Shown here in pieces: positions 14,148-25,873 of a stretch of DNA of 64,000 bases. Below the pieces are notes generated by a model. The model was not told where the DNA came from and searched no databases. It saw nothing but the letters and a program-made list of their open reading frames with translations. The position numbers and the translations under genes were made by a program. Origin of the DNA: Neoechinorhynchus agilis (Eukaryota; Animalia; Acanthocephala); assembly GCA_051530055.1 (NCBI GenBank), contig CM121343.1:466389-530388 (forward strand), in the 5' to 3' direction. How positions within the stretch are numbered: position 1 is the stretch's first letter; every line of letters starts with the position of its first letter.

Positions 14148-15592
14148 ATGGTACATAATTCGTATAAACCCAAATCGAAGTTGTCGAAGGAGTGTGACAG
14201 TATGGACAACACTAGTGTACATTTGCCCACCAAACCCAAGCAGCCTGCTCGACCGGTCGTGCCTTACTTACGTTTTTCGAGTGCTATGTGGAACAGTGTT
14301 CGTGGTACTTATCCCAACTTAAGATTTAACGAAATCGGCAAAATTATCGGTGCTCAATGGCGCAAAATGTCAGATGCTGAAAAGGAACCTTACAGGCAGG
14401 AATACCATAAAGATCGTTTAAATTTTCTTGAACAAATGAAAGTTTATAAGGAATCACGAGAATATATAGATTACCAAACAGCTTTAGCAAAGCGAAATGA
14501 ACTTAATCAACAAGCAAAAAAAGGTATCTAGTGCTCGCTTTTTTTATGATTCCGTGAAATGATCTCCTACGAACTTAGAGACTTGTTTATCAGAATCTAT
14601 TGGGGAGGACACCAGCAAGAATGAACAGTACACGAATGATGATGATCTGATGTCTGCCACCGCTGCTGACATTCCCGTCTTTTCCCCGTTTTATGAAAAA
14701 CATACACAATACACGCTCACAACTCAACCGATCTTAATAAATCAAACGTCCGATTGTGTTTCGGCTACTCGTCCGTACGGATATCAGCTAACACCGCAAT
14801 CGTTACAATCTGAACGGTTTGTTTACGATACACCTCACTGGTTTCACGAGGGCAGCAGGAGTGGTGAATCAACATAATTTGTTGTGGTTGTTGTTTTTTC
14901 ATTACTTTGTGAATCCAATGATTAACTCAGCTTCAAGCGATCTTATTGATTTTGAAATTGCCATGCTGACTAATAGATTAAGCCAGAATTACGAAATGAT
15001 TCAGAATTTTGCTGATCTTGTTGATAATCCGGTTGAAAAAACTTGTGAAAAACAAGTCGAACGGATTACAGACAATGTGAAAACTATTGTTAAACTCAGA
15101 AATACATCGGTATGCAATTTTGTTTCTCGTCTAATTTTTTATCCTTTACGTTAGCACAATATTGCCGCAGACATTAAGCGCGACAACCGACGACATCGTG
15201 AACGCAAGGAAGCATTTGAACGTTCATCAAAAGAATTTTTTAAGGCTTATTTTTCTACGGATCCTTTTAAAGGTCGGCACACACCAGAAGAGCAATCAAC
15301 AAACGTAAGTAAGCAGCAGAAAAAAGAATGATTTTCAGTTTTAAAATCGATTTAGACCGCGCAAACGGCGAACGAATGGCCGTGCAATAAACGATGCCGT
15401 AATTCAGCATTAAAATTTTTTGAAATGAGTCGAGCTCGGTGTTTTAATAGCGATCAATTTAGGACCCGCAAGCGACATTGTAGAGAAACAGAATACAAAG
15501 CAGCATTGATGTCCTCAATGAAGCAAGAGCCATGTTCCACCGAAGATGACGATTACTGCGACAACGTGCATTATAAAAGTAGAAAGTCTTAG
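14148..15592 (+). CDS. SMARCE1: SWI/SNF subunit BAF57-like HMG-box protein, ~5 exons (GT-AG introns ~14524-14578, ~14865-14930, ~15110-15154, ~15305-15355)
   Basis: PKQPARPVVPYLRFS...W...EIGKIIGAQWR HMG box resembles BAF57; downstream RLSQNYEMIQ and RRHRERKEAF segments parallel the NHRLI and coiled-coil regions; all junctions keep frame. Confidence 0.75.
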
Positions 15593-16369
15593 GAAAGATA
15601 TAACTTTTTTAACTTTCCTCCGTCATCAGTGTGCGTGTGTGTATGGCTGAATGCGGTGTAGTGATTGTTTATGCTATTGATGTTTCCATTTAAATTTGAG
15701 ATACCATTTTGGGTGCCGGATAAAGCTTCATAAAATTAGTGTCTTCCTAACGGTCGCGAAAAACGTCCGGCGGCGAAAAATTTTACGTTTTTTAATTCCG
15801 TTGAGAAGGCGGATCGAACAGTGAAGAAACGAGGTTTAATGCAATTTTAAAACAAACTCTTAGAGGACACTTATTAGTTAAAGCAACTTCTCAAATTGAG
15901 TGGAAGTCAATTGCTTATTCATCGATAGAAAATCCTTCCGGCGGATTTAACACTTTAACAATGATTGATGATGAGATGAGGTTACCTCCGTCGATATATT
16001 TCCCCCTATAAATCAAATATGTAATGGCCGGGATTGTTTTCACCAAAACTATAATTCAATTGCTTACATTGATATCGCTAGTATATCTCTTAAGAAACGT
16101 TCATTTCAGATTCGATTTTGTTTAAATAATTACAGGGCATGAAGGGAAGAGAATAAATTGACGTGGCAATCTTATCTAAAATTATGTAAATTTATTGAAT
16201 CGATATTTCGGCTCAATCCAGAGCCTTTATCCACATTGAATTTTCCTCTGCTACCAATCTTGATAAAGGCTCTGAATTGAGCCGAAATATCGATTCAATA
16301 AATTTACATAATTTTGTCGCCACTACACAACAATCATGAGCAGTTTCATTTTTCAATCTTATCAGGAGG

Positions 16370-16560
16370 CCCAGTGGCCGTGTGGTGGGCGCGTTCATAA
16401 TACGCTCGATATGTCGATGGTTCCACGCCACTGGTCGCTGGATTCCACGGGTGTGCGAGGCTGCTCGAAGGGTGGAGGCCAGGTTTGAGATCACCCTTCG
16501 GCTCCAAAAGTGGGTGGCCTTGTCCCTTCGAGTGCGGCTGAGCGCTTCCGATGTGTGCAA
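16370..16560 (-). mobile_element. Penelope-like GIY-YIG C-terminal fragment
   Basis: Minus-strand frame ...HPWNPATSGVEPSTYRAYYERAHHTATGPPDKI resembles the W..a.vLg.E...R...Ea.hI end of Penelope ORFs; flanked by HHR repeats. Confidence 0.4.
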
Positions 16561-16805
16561 GTCAGCCTAAAGGCTCCAAAGGAATATAGCCGAGAGGCTC
16601 AAAAGAAGATGTCGTCAGACCAATCAACTCAATCTGAAGAAAACAACTCATAAACTGACAGTACGCGTGTGTGATCAAATAAATAAAAATAAATCTTATC
16701 TAGGTTGATACAGGAACTTAGACTATGAAATGTGATCGGATTCTCGGTAACTCCAATAGTTCATTTCTAAAGGCGGTAGTCATTTTTAGGCAAATCATAA
16801 ATAAT

Positions 16806-17020
16806 CATATCGAGAGAAAATCCATCGGGATGGTAAATTTTAACTTGTGGTGAATATACTCGCCCAGTTAAAAATAATTTTATTGTACTGAAATATTTCG
16901 AAAGAGGAAACCCTGTCTTATCAATCATTGTAAATTAATCGCGAGGTTTCCTCTTTCGAAATATTTCAGAACAATAAAATGATTTTTAACCAGGATTATC
17001 TTCACCACAAGTCAAAATCA
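16806..17020. mobile_element. Inverted family-B HHR-derived cassette
   Basis: gaaatatttcgaaagaggaaacc (16890) mirrored by ggtttcctctttcgaaatatttc (16945); paralog of 9115-9330. Confidence 0.75.
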
Positions 17021-17565
17021 TAAATAGGCGTTAATCCATTAACCGCGCGATCGAGCACCTTGAGGTTTGCAATAAAAGGAAACAAAATGGTAATAAAAAC
17101 ACTACGATTCCGGGGTTAATAGGACATCATCGGGACGCGATCGTTTTGATCTTAATATCCGGTTGTTTAGACCCGATTAATGGGTGGTCCGGATTTAACT
17201 CTCTCTATTTGCATAGTTTGCAATTTTTAGTGGAGATTGAACTATTCATGCTTGTCTGTTGTAAAGATGTTCATCATTTACTTTTTTATAGCGAATTATA
17301 ATAATTGATTTATTTGATAATTTTTGGCTTTCGCGTAGGCCGTAAAGTTGTTCAACTGTATTTTTTGGTAATAAGAAAAAGAAAGATTCATTATTCTAAA
17401 ATATTTGGTCCGTTCCGTCGGACTTCTGAAGGTTGTTGGTCGTCTATTAATATTTCCAACAACTTGAAGAAGTCCAACGAAACGGATCAAATATTTTAGA
17501 ATATTGAATAGATGATTCATAGTTTATTGGTTGTTTTGGAGAACTACAATTGATTATTTATTAAA

Positions 17566-17606
17566 TTCAATATTTCGATCCCCTATCTTGGATCTTCTTC
17601 AGAATT
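17566..17606 (-). ncRNA. Minimal hammerhead ribozyme motif (family C)
   Basis: CTGAAGA-A-GATCC-AAGATAGG-GGATC-GAAATAT-T: intact core, 5 bp stem II, palindromic AUAU stem III. Confidence 0.75.
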
Positions 17607-17736
17607 GTTTGTAAGTTTTCAAATATGTGCTCACATATTTAAAAACTATTTTAGAATAATCAATATCTATTTTTTTATCACCAAATATATTGAATTTTGG
17701 TGACCATGATCCCCAGTTAAAGCTTGCGTTATTATT

Positions 17737-17777
17737 ATGAAATATTTCGAAAGAGGAAACCTCGCCTCATCAGTCAC
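17737..17777 (-). ncRNA. Minimal hammerhead ribozyme motif (family B)
   Basis: GTGA-CTGATGA-GGCGAGGTTTCCTCTTTC-GAAATAT-T-TCAT: stem I GUGA/UCAU, intact core. Confidence 0.75.
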
Positions 17778-17949
17778 TTAAAAAAAGGAGTTTTGTGATA
17801 GTTCTTTTTATTTGTTTGGTCTTGTAAGCTCAGGTTAGCAACAACAAGATTAAATCATCATCCTCAATCATGCGGAGTAAGATTGAGATGTTTATTTTGT
17901 CTATTTGATTATGCGATTAGCGCAGAAAAAAAACGCACCTCTTCGGCCC

Positions 17950-18290
17950 AGGCTGCTGCATGAAAGCGTAGATGAAGGCAACTTTGCGTTCTGGAGGACG
18001 TCCTCCCGAAAAGAAGACGAAGCCGGGAATACTGTAAGATTTCCATAATGTGATGGCTTGAGCGGAAGACAAGCCAAGCTTTAGAGTGCGTTGGGCTTTG
18101 GAGAGGCCCGTTTTAAGAATACGTTTAATTTTTTAAGATCGATTCCTATTACAAGGCTGACAGTAAACGTGTGACGAATCACTCGTATTTTTAATGGAGT
18201 GTTGGCGTAAGAGTTCGCAATGTTGTGGGAACGGGTTAACCGGCTATTGATTTTCATTACGTCACTGGCAGGCAATGTTAAAGTGGTCTT
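17950..18290 (+). mobile_element. Decayed Penelope-like ORF fragment
   Basis: RSIPITRLTVNV*RITRIFNGVGVRV resembles the conserved lPY..glse.i.ril...girv linker before the GIY-YIG domain; abuts an inverted HHR pair. Confidence 0.4.
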
Positions 18291-18297
18291 CTTGATA

Positions 18298-18592
18298 TCA
18301 TCGATAAAAAAATCCTTCGGGTTAGTCAAAGTATTATTTTGGTGGTAATAATCCCGGTAATAGCACATTTGATTTTGATTTATTGGAAATATTTCGAAGG
18401 AGGTAACCTCGCCTCACCAGTCATTGTTAAAGTGGTACATTTAAGTGCGAATAAAACACTTTAACAATGACTGATGAGGCGAGGTCACCTCCTTCGAAAT
18501 ATTTCCAATAAATCAAAATCAAATATGCTATTACCGGGATTATTATCACCAAAACAATACTTTGACTAACCCGAAGGATTTTTTATCGATGA
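18298..18592. mobile_element. Inverted pseudo-LTR-like pair (~135 bp arms, 22 bp spacer) with a family-B HHR in each arm; plus-strand core 18471-18504 intact
   Basis: Arms 18298-18434 and 18457-18592 are reverse complements; ATGA-CTGATGA-GGCGAGGTCACCTCCTTC-GAAATATT on +, CTGGTGA variant on -. Confidence 0.8.
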
Positions 18593-19617
18593 ATCCGTAA
18601 AACGTACGAACTGTGTAGAAAAATCACTTTTCACCGGCATAAACAAACAATCACCGTTCTTCTGTACTTTCAAGGATATCGTTGACGGATTTGGCGATTC
18701 TCCGCAAGTTTTATCGCGGATTTTGAACGTGACGTCGATATCAGAGGCATTGTAGCTGCTTCGTTGTTTGTCGCCGCCAATTTATGTCTGTGATTTTTTC
18801 ATTTCCATTTAGGACTTCTGATTCGATTCAATTCTAACTAATTAAATGGAATGCATCAATTGTTATTTCATTACATTTAATGATGTTTTTAATAGACTCA
18901 TCAGTAGTCGTTTAAAGCCACGAGCTTCTCCTTTAAATTGCTGAATAGCCACGAGCGGTCCAGATTTTAGACTTTTGGAACTCCAATTTTCCTGTTACGT
19001 CACTTTGATACGTGGCGTGACGTTGTATGGAAATGCTTTCGGGTCTGCCGCTGCTCAAAAATTTAATCATGTCCATTTCACTTCCTTCGATTAAATTGAA
19101 AATCCATCTTTCAGGGCGGTTTTAATCTCTGTGGTGTACTCGTCTCATTCTTTACAATTAAAAACCTATTATCATAAATATTAAGATTTTGCTTGACAGA
19201 TAAAAATAGTCTTGAATTTTGATCGAGAGCGACGAATTTGTATAATTGATTGGCCACAAAACGTGTTTGTTGATCAGATTTTGGTTATTTCTCTCGCAAG
19301 TGCTTGCTGCGATAAGCAAATACTTTGTTGTTGTTGTGAATTCGCGAAACAATGGTTACCGATCGAGCTAAAACAAGAGGCGGTGCTGCAACTCTTTTTT
19401 TCCTATTACAAAAAAACACAGCAAAGATTGCATCTTACACATTTTATTCTTCAGTGATGGTCATAATCTGTCATCTTTATTCGTTGACGGAAGCTGTAAA
19501 GTAAGTCAGAAGTTGTAGTCGTGAAAAACCCATGATTCGCAGTCGATTATTTGGTCAATTACAAGAAGAAGTGAAATTCGCAAATTCGACGCAAAATTTT
19601 GCGTTCTACATCAATTG

Positions 19618-22600
19618 TCGCTCCGTTTTTATGTAGTTTTGACAACGTTGGAACGTATTTTGTTCTTGATAAGGTGCAGTTTTTGAGAAATTGTTATCTC
19701 CGATTTTCCCTTCTTTTTTTAATTTACGCGGTCCACGATAATAAATTGAATTTTTCGCTCCGCTTTGACAACGTTGGAACGAATTTTGTGCCGATGAGGT
19801 TCAGGTTTTTGAGAGATTCTTGTGACCGATTTTCCCTTCTACGTTTTAGTTTACGCGGTCCACAGTAAAAAATTTGGTTAATTGCTCCGTTTTGACAACG
19901 TTGGAACGAATTTTGTGCTGATGAGGTTCAGGTTTTTGAGAGATTCTTGTGACCGATTTTCCCTTCTACTTTTTAATTTACGCAGTCCGCGGTAAAAATT
20001 TTGGCTAATCGCTCCGTTTTATGTAGTTTTGACAACGTTGGAACGAATTTTGTGCTTTTCGAGGTGCAGCTTTTGAGAGATTGTTGTCTCCGATTTTCCC
20101 TTCTTTTTTTAACTTACGTGGTCCACGGTAATAAATTTAGTTTGTCGTTCCGTTTTGACAACGTTGGAACGAATTTTGTGCTGATGATGTTCAGGTTTTT
20201 GAGAGATTCTTGTGACCGATTTTCCCTTCTACTTTTTAATTTACGCAGTCCGCGGTAAAAATTTTGGCTAATCGCTCCGTTTTATGTAGTTTTGACAACG
20301 TTGGAACGCATTTTGTGCTTTTCGAGGTGCAGCTTTTGAGAGATTGTTGTCTCCGATTTTCCCTTCTTTTTTTAACTTACGTGGTCCACGGTAATAAATT
20401 TAGTTTGTCGTTCCGTTTTTATGTAGTTTTGACAACGTTGGAACGCATTTTGTGCTTTACGAGGTGCAGTTTTTGAGATTGTTATGTCCGATGTTGCCTC
20501 CTTTTTTTAATTTACGCGGTCCACGGTAATAAATTGAATTTTTCGCTCCGTTTTGACAACGTTGGAACGAATTTTATGCCGATGAGGTTCAGGTTTTTGA
20601 GAGATTGTTGTGACCGATTTTCCCTTCTACTTTTTAATTTACGCGGTCCACAGTAAAAAAATTGGCTAATCGCTCCGTTTTGACAACGTTGGAACGAATT
20701 TTGTGTTTGATGAGGTTCAGGTTTTTGAGAGATTGTTGTGAGCGATTTTCCCTTCTACTTTTTAATTTACGCGGTCCACGGTAATAAATTTGGTTTGTCG
20801 CTCCGTTTTTATGTAGTTTTGACAGCGTCGGAACGCATTTTGTGCTTGATGAGGTTCAGGTTTTTGAGGGATTGTTGTGTCCGATTTTCCCTTCTTAATT
20901 TACGTGGTCCACGGAAATAAATTAGTTTTTTCGCTCGGTTTTTATGTAGTTTTGACAACGTTGGAACGCATTTTTTTCTTGATGAGGTGCAGTTTTTTGA
21001 GGGATTGTTGTGTCCGATTTTCCCTTCTTAATTTACGCGGTCCACGGAAATAAATTAGGTTTATCGTTCCGTTTTTATGTAGTTTTGACAACGTTGGAAC
21101 GCATTTTGTGCTTGATGAGGTTCAGGTTTTTGAGGGATTGTTGTGTCCGATTTTCCCTTCTTAATTTACGCGGTCCACGGAAATAAATTAGTTTTTTCGC
21201 TCGGTTTTTATGTAGTTTAGACAACGTTGGAACGCATTTTTTTCTTGATGAGGTGCAGTTTTTGAGAGGTTGTTGTATCCGATTTTCCCTCCTTTTTTTA
21301 ATTCACGCGGTCCACGGTAATAAATTAGGTTTTTCGTTCCGTTTTTATGTAGTTTTGACAGCTTCGGAACGCATTTTGTGCTTGATGAGGTTCAGGTTTT
21401 TGAGGGATTGTTGTATCCGATTTTCCCTCCTTTTTTTAATTCACGCGGTCCACGGTAATAAATTAGGTTTATCGTTCCGTTTTTATGTAGTTTAGACAAC
21501 GTTGGAACGCATTTTTTTCTTGATGAGGTGCAGTTTTTTAGAGATTGTTGTGACCGATTTTCGCTTCTTGTTTTTAATTTACGCGATCCAGGGTTATAAA
21601 TAGGTTTATCGTTCCGTTTTTATGTAGTTTTGACAGCGTTGGAACGCATTTTGTGCTTGATGAGGTTCAGGTTTTTGAGGGATTGTTGTGTCCGATTTTC
21701 CCTCCTTTTTTTTAATTCACGCGGTCCACGGTAATAAATTAGGTTTATCGTTCCGTTTTTATGTAGTTTTGACAGCGTCGGAACGCATTTTGTGCTTGAT
21801 GAGGTTCAGGTTTTTGAGGGATTGTTGTGTCCGATTTTCCCTTCTTAATTTACGTGGTCCACGGAAATAAATTAGTTTTTTCGCTCGGTTTTTATGTAGT
21901 TTTGACAGCGTCGGAGCGCATTTTGTGCTTGATGAGGTGCAGTTTTTGAGAGATTGTTGTATCCGATTTTTGCTTCTTGTTTTTAATTTACGCGATCCAG
22001 GGTAATAAATAGGTTTATCGTTCCGTTTTTATGTAGTTTTGACAACGTTGGAACGCATTTTTTTCTTGATGAGGTGCAGTTTTTTGAGGGATTGTTGTAT
22101 CCGATTTTCCCTCCTTTTTTTAATTCACGCGATCCAGGGTAATAAATTAGGTTTATCGTTCCGTTTTTATGTAGTTTTGACAGCGTCGGAACGCATTTTG
22201 TGCTTGATGAGGTTCAGGTTTTTGAGGGATTGTTGTGTCCGATTTTCCCTTCTTAATTTACGCGGTCCACGGTAATAAATTAGGTTTATCGTTCCGTTTT
22301 TATGTAGTTTTGACAGCGTCGGAACGCATTTTGTGCTTGATGAGGTTCAGGTTTTTGAGGGATTGTTGTGTCCGATTTTCCCTTCTTAATTTACGTGGTC
22401 CACGGAAATAAATTAGTTTTTTCGCTCGGTTTTTATGTAGTTTTGACAGCGTCGGAGCGCATTTTGTGCTTGATGAGGTTCAGGTTTTTGAGGGATTGTT
22501 GTATCCGATTTTTGCTTCTTGTTTTTAATTTACGCGATCCAGGGTAATAAATAGGTTTATCGTTCCGTTTTTATGTAGTTTTGACAGCGTCGGAACGCAT

Positions 22601-22690
22601 TTTGTGCTTGATGAGGTTCAGGTTTTTGATTGATTGTTGCATCCGATTTTCCGTTCTTTTTTTAATTTACGCGGTCCAAGGTAATAATTT
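19618..22690. repeat. Satellite array, ~23 units of ~125-138 bp
   Basis: Recurrent ccgttttt(atgtagtttt)gaca(a/g)cgt(t/c)ggaacg...gatgaggt(t/g)cag...ccgattttccc...cgcggtccacgg unit; repeated spurious ORFs. Confidence 0.97.
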
Positions 22691-23493
22691 TTTGATTAAG
22701 AAAAAGAAGTGATTTATGTTGATTTAGACGTCATTGCGTGCTGAATAAATCTCTATACTCAGCTAGAAATGATCATCGACCGCTTATATGGAGGTGGTGG
22801 CGTTAGTTTTCCGGCAGTCTTAAAAAAGCGCTCGTTTTCACTGAATGGAGCAAATTCTGCGTGGCATAGAAACTTCATTCGCATGGCATCTCTATCCTTA
22901 GCAATATCCTAACATCGCGTCTCCTCCACATACATCGGTTTCGAGTAACACTTTGCATGGATGCACCGACAGCAACAGCAACAGAACCAAAAACTATTAT
23001 ATGCGTACACTTGTTTTTGGTGTAGGTCGACGATAGGCACTCTAGAAATGGAAGTTGATTATCTCGTTCTTCAATTCTATTGTGTTATGCGCTCCCTTAG
23101 AAGCTTAAGTGATGTCTTTAATTTAAAAAAATCGCGACATAAAGTACACGGACAACGATTTTATCGTTATGATTTACACTGTCATTCCGGAAGTTCCTAT
23201 CGCAAATGTCGGGTTTTCAAAACATCCTACAACAACACCACAACAACGTTCTTCATGCCTTTCCCTTCACGGGGTCGCACAAAAACTTGTAAGATTTTAC
23301 ACAACCCTCCGACCCGTTTTTCTCCCAAACGTCGGTCCTCAGCCACACAATCTTTCCGTCGTTTTTCGGCCTTCCGCGCCTCCTAAACCCTTCGATTTCC
23401 ATTTCCTCAACTTTTCGAATAAATCAATTCGGCTCTCCACCTTTCACCATATCGCGCCACTTTATATTCTCCTTTAAGATTACTCACTGGCGC

Positions 23494-25414
23494 ATGGATA
23501 GCAGCAACGTGAATGCCGTAGGCAGCGCTGCGAGCAACAGTTTGAGTACGATTGAAAGTCTACGTTCAGGAATAGGTATATTTCGTCCGTTTAATAGAAA
23601 TCGCCGCGAATCGAGTCAATCGAGAAGTAATCTGAACTCTAACGAAGAAACAGACGATTTGGAATCTTTAACTAGTAGTCTCCATCAACAGAAAATCGGA
23701 CATCGGCGCGTAGACGAGAGTGGACAAGTGACATACAAAAGATGCCCTTTAGACGAACTCCGCTCAGCTCTTCAATTGGGGATCGAATGTGCAGTTGCAT
23801 CAGCACAAGGCAAAGGTCAGCGAGATGTTTTGTTGCAAGACTTCTCTCAGATCATGCTGTTGGAATTTCCGGCATCAGGTACTCGATTAACGCCGGCCCA
23901 TCATTTTAAAGACTTCACGTTTAAAGCCTACGCACCTGTCGCATTCCAACATTTCCGAGATAAATTTGGAATCAATTCAAGTGACTTTTTAATTTCTCTA
24001 TGTAAGGATGATTGGCGTGAGCTTCCTAATCCCGGCGCTAGCGGCAGCGTATTTTATCTAAGTAATGACGACCGATTCATAATAAAAACCGCTCAAGCTA
24101 AGGAAGCTCGATTCCTTCTTCAATTGCTTCCTGGTTATTACATGAACCTGATACAAAATCCTGATACTCTTCTTCCTAAATTTTTCGGTCTCTACTGTTA
24201 CCAAAGGTTGGATAAGAACATAAGAGTCATAATAATGAATAACATCATACCGTCCAATGTGACCATAGTGGAGAAATACGATTTAAAAGGTTCTAGTTAT
24301 AAGCGACGAGCTGGTGAGACGGAGAAAAAGAAGGACGTGCCTACTTTGAAAGATTTGGATTTTAAGGATAATTTTCCTAATGGTCTTCAGTTGGAATCAA
24401 GAGTTTATAACCGCCTGATGAATACACTTCAAAAGGATTTGCGTGTATTAAGTAGCTTTGAGATAATGGATTATTCATTGTTGGTCGGAATTTCTAAATC
24501 AAAATGCACAAAGTGTACCGAAAAAGAAAGTGATTTAAGGGTATCAAAGTCGTGGATTCGGGTCGCTAAAGGGATGGGTGATGCTTCAAAATTTTTACCT
24601 GGTATTGATACTTCTTAACCTTATACATTTGACCGGGAAAGGAAATGTTGATAGGCTATATTGTAGTTGTTCGTGTGGTCGACGAAACGGATTAGATAGC
24701 GCTTATGATAGGAATTTAAAGAGTGAATCCAGTATACCGAGCCACAAAAAGAGCTACCGTCTTCTATCTTCAACCGAGTATGACAATTGTCCAGATAACG
24801 AGGAAAACCCCGCGAGTGTCTCATTAGAGCGAACCGGGCCGTTTTCATTAAGAAATGAAACAAAAGGTAACAATTCACTAAGATGTGCTTCGAATTTGAG
24901 TGGTAAAAACACCGCAGTGAATGGCGGAGTAGAATGCTATGATCGCAACAGCGAAATTATTGTGTATCTTGGAATCATCGATGTCTTACAATGTTACAAA
25001 TTTAAGAAGAAATTAGAGCATGCACTTAAAACGACAGTTTTATCAATGGATGAGATATCAATATGCCATCCACGTTTATACGCAACCCGTTTTTATCGAT
25101 TCCTCAGTCGAACTGCTTTCAAGAAACGTTTGAGTATTTTCCGTCTACCACCAAGTTACGATTCGATGACCTTAACAAGCGCGAGTTATTTTTCAAGTGG
25201 ATTAGGCGCTGTTTCTAATGATAGACCGGCGCTTCTATCCGAAGAGATTGACTCAGCGAATACGCAAGGCGGTTCATTGAATTCAATCGACGACAATGTT
25301 TTACTCATATCTCCGCCACTTCGATCACCGCTACTATTAAAGACATACGTAGGCTCCAGTGTGGATCGTGATTCAGGAATCCATACAAGTGAGAGCCAGC
25401 GATCTAGAAAATGA
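23494..25414 (+). CDS. PIP5K1: Phosphatidylinositol-4-phosphate 5-kinase type I; one 40 nt GT-AG intron 24602-24641
   Basis: KIGHRRVD, FKAYAPVAF, NPGASGS, FIIKT, LLPKFFG, YDLKGS, KDLDF, IMDYSLLVG and YLGIIDVLQ motifs; intron joins the two ORFs in frame. Confidence 0.95.
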
Positions 25415-25873
25415 TCATGTGAATGGCGGCGGATTCTACGATGTTAATGATTTAGGAGGTGTCTTATATGACGATTTATAAGTGTAAGATATGACGTGTA
25501 ATCTCCAGAAAAAAAGTTTTCAAATCGCACTTTTCCAGCGCGGTCGCCACCTCCTCTGCCGCCGCCGCCGCTACAATTAGCCGTTCTGACCTCGCGCTAC
25601 ATTGACGTTCGCGCACGCAGCACGCACACACGCGGCGCGTAGTCTCCCCCGTGTCGTCCTCCGGTCAACGCGCACTCGAGATCTCTCAACTTTCCATTAG
25701 CGAAAAGAGCTGCTGCTGCTACTCCTTACACAGTGGCGCTCATCGCCGCTTTCTACGTCGCACACTCACCGCCGCCGTCCATATTCGCGCGTTCAAAATT
25801 CGACTTTAGATCGTGAGTGAGTGCGTGAGTGAGTGGGTGCGCGCTCGTGCGTTTACAAGTATATTATTGACAA

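Noticed and set aside
19599-22275. Repeated short ORFs and possible CRISPR array
   Set aside because: Whole units are repeated with no unique spacers; eukaryotic satellite, no cas genes
24578-24641. Apparent frameshift in PIP5K
   Set aside because: Explained by a 40 nt GT-AG intron that restores frame
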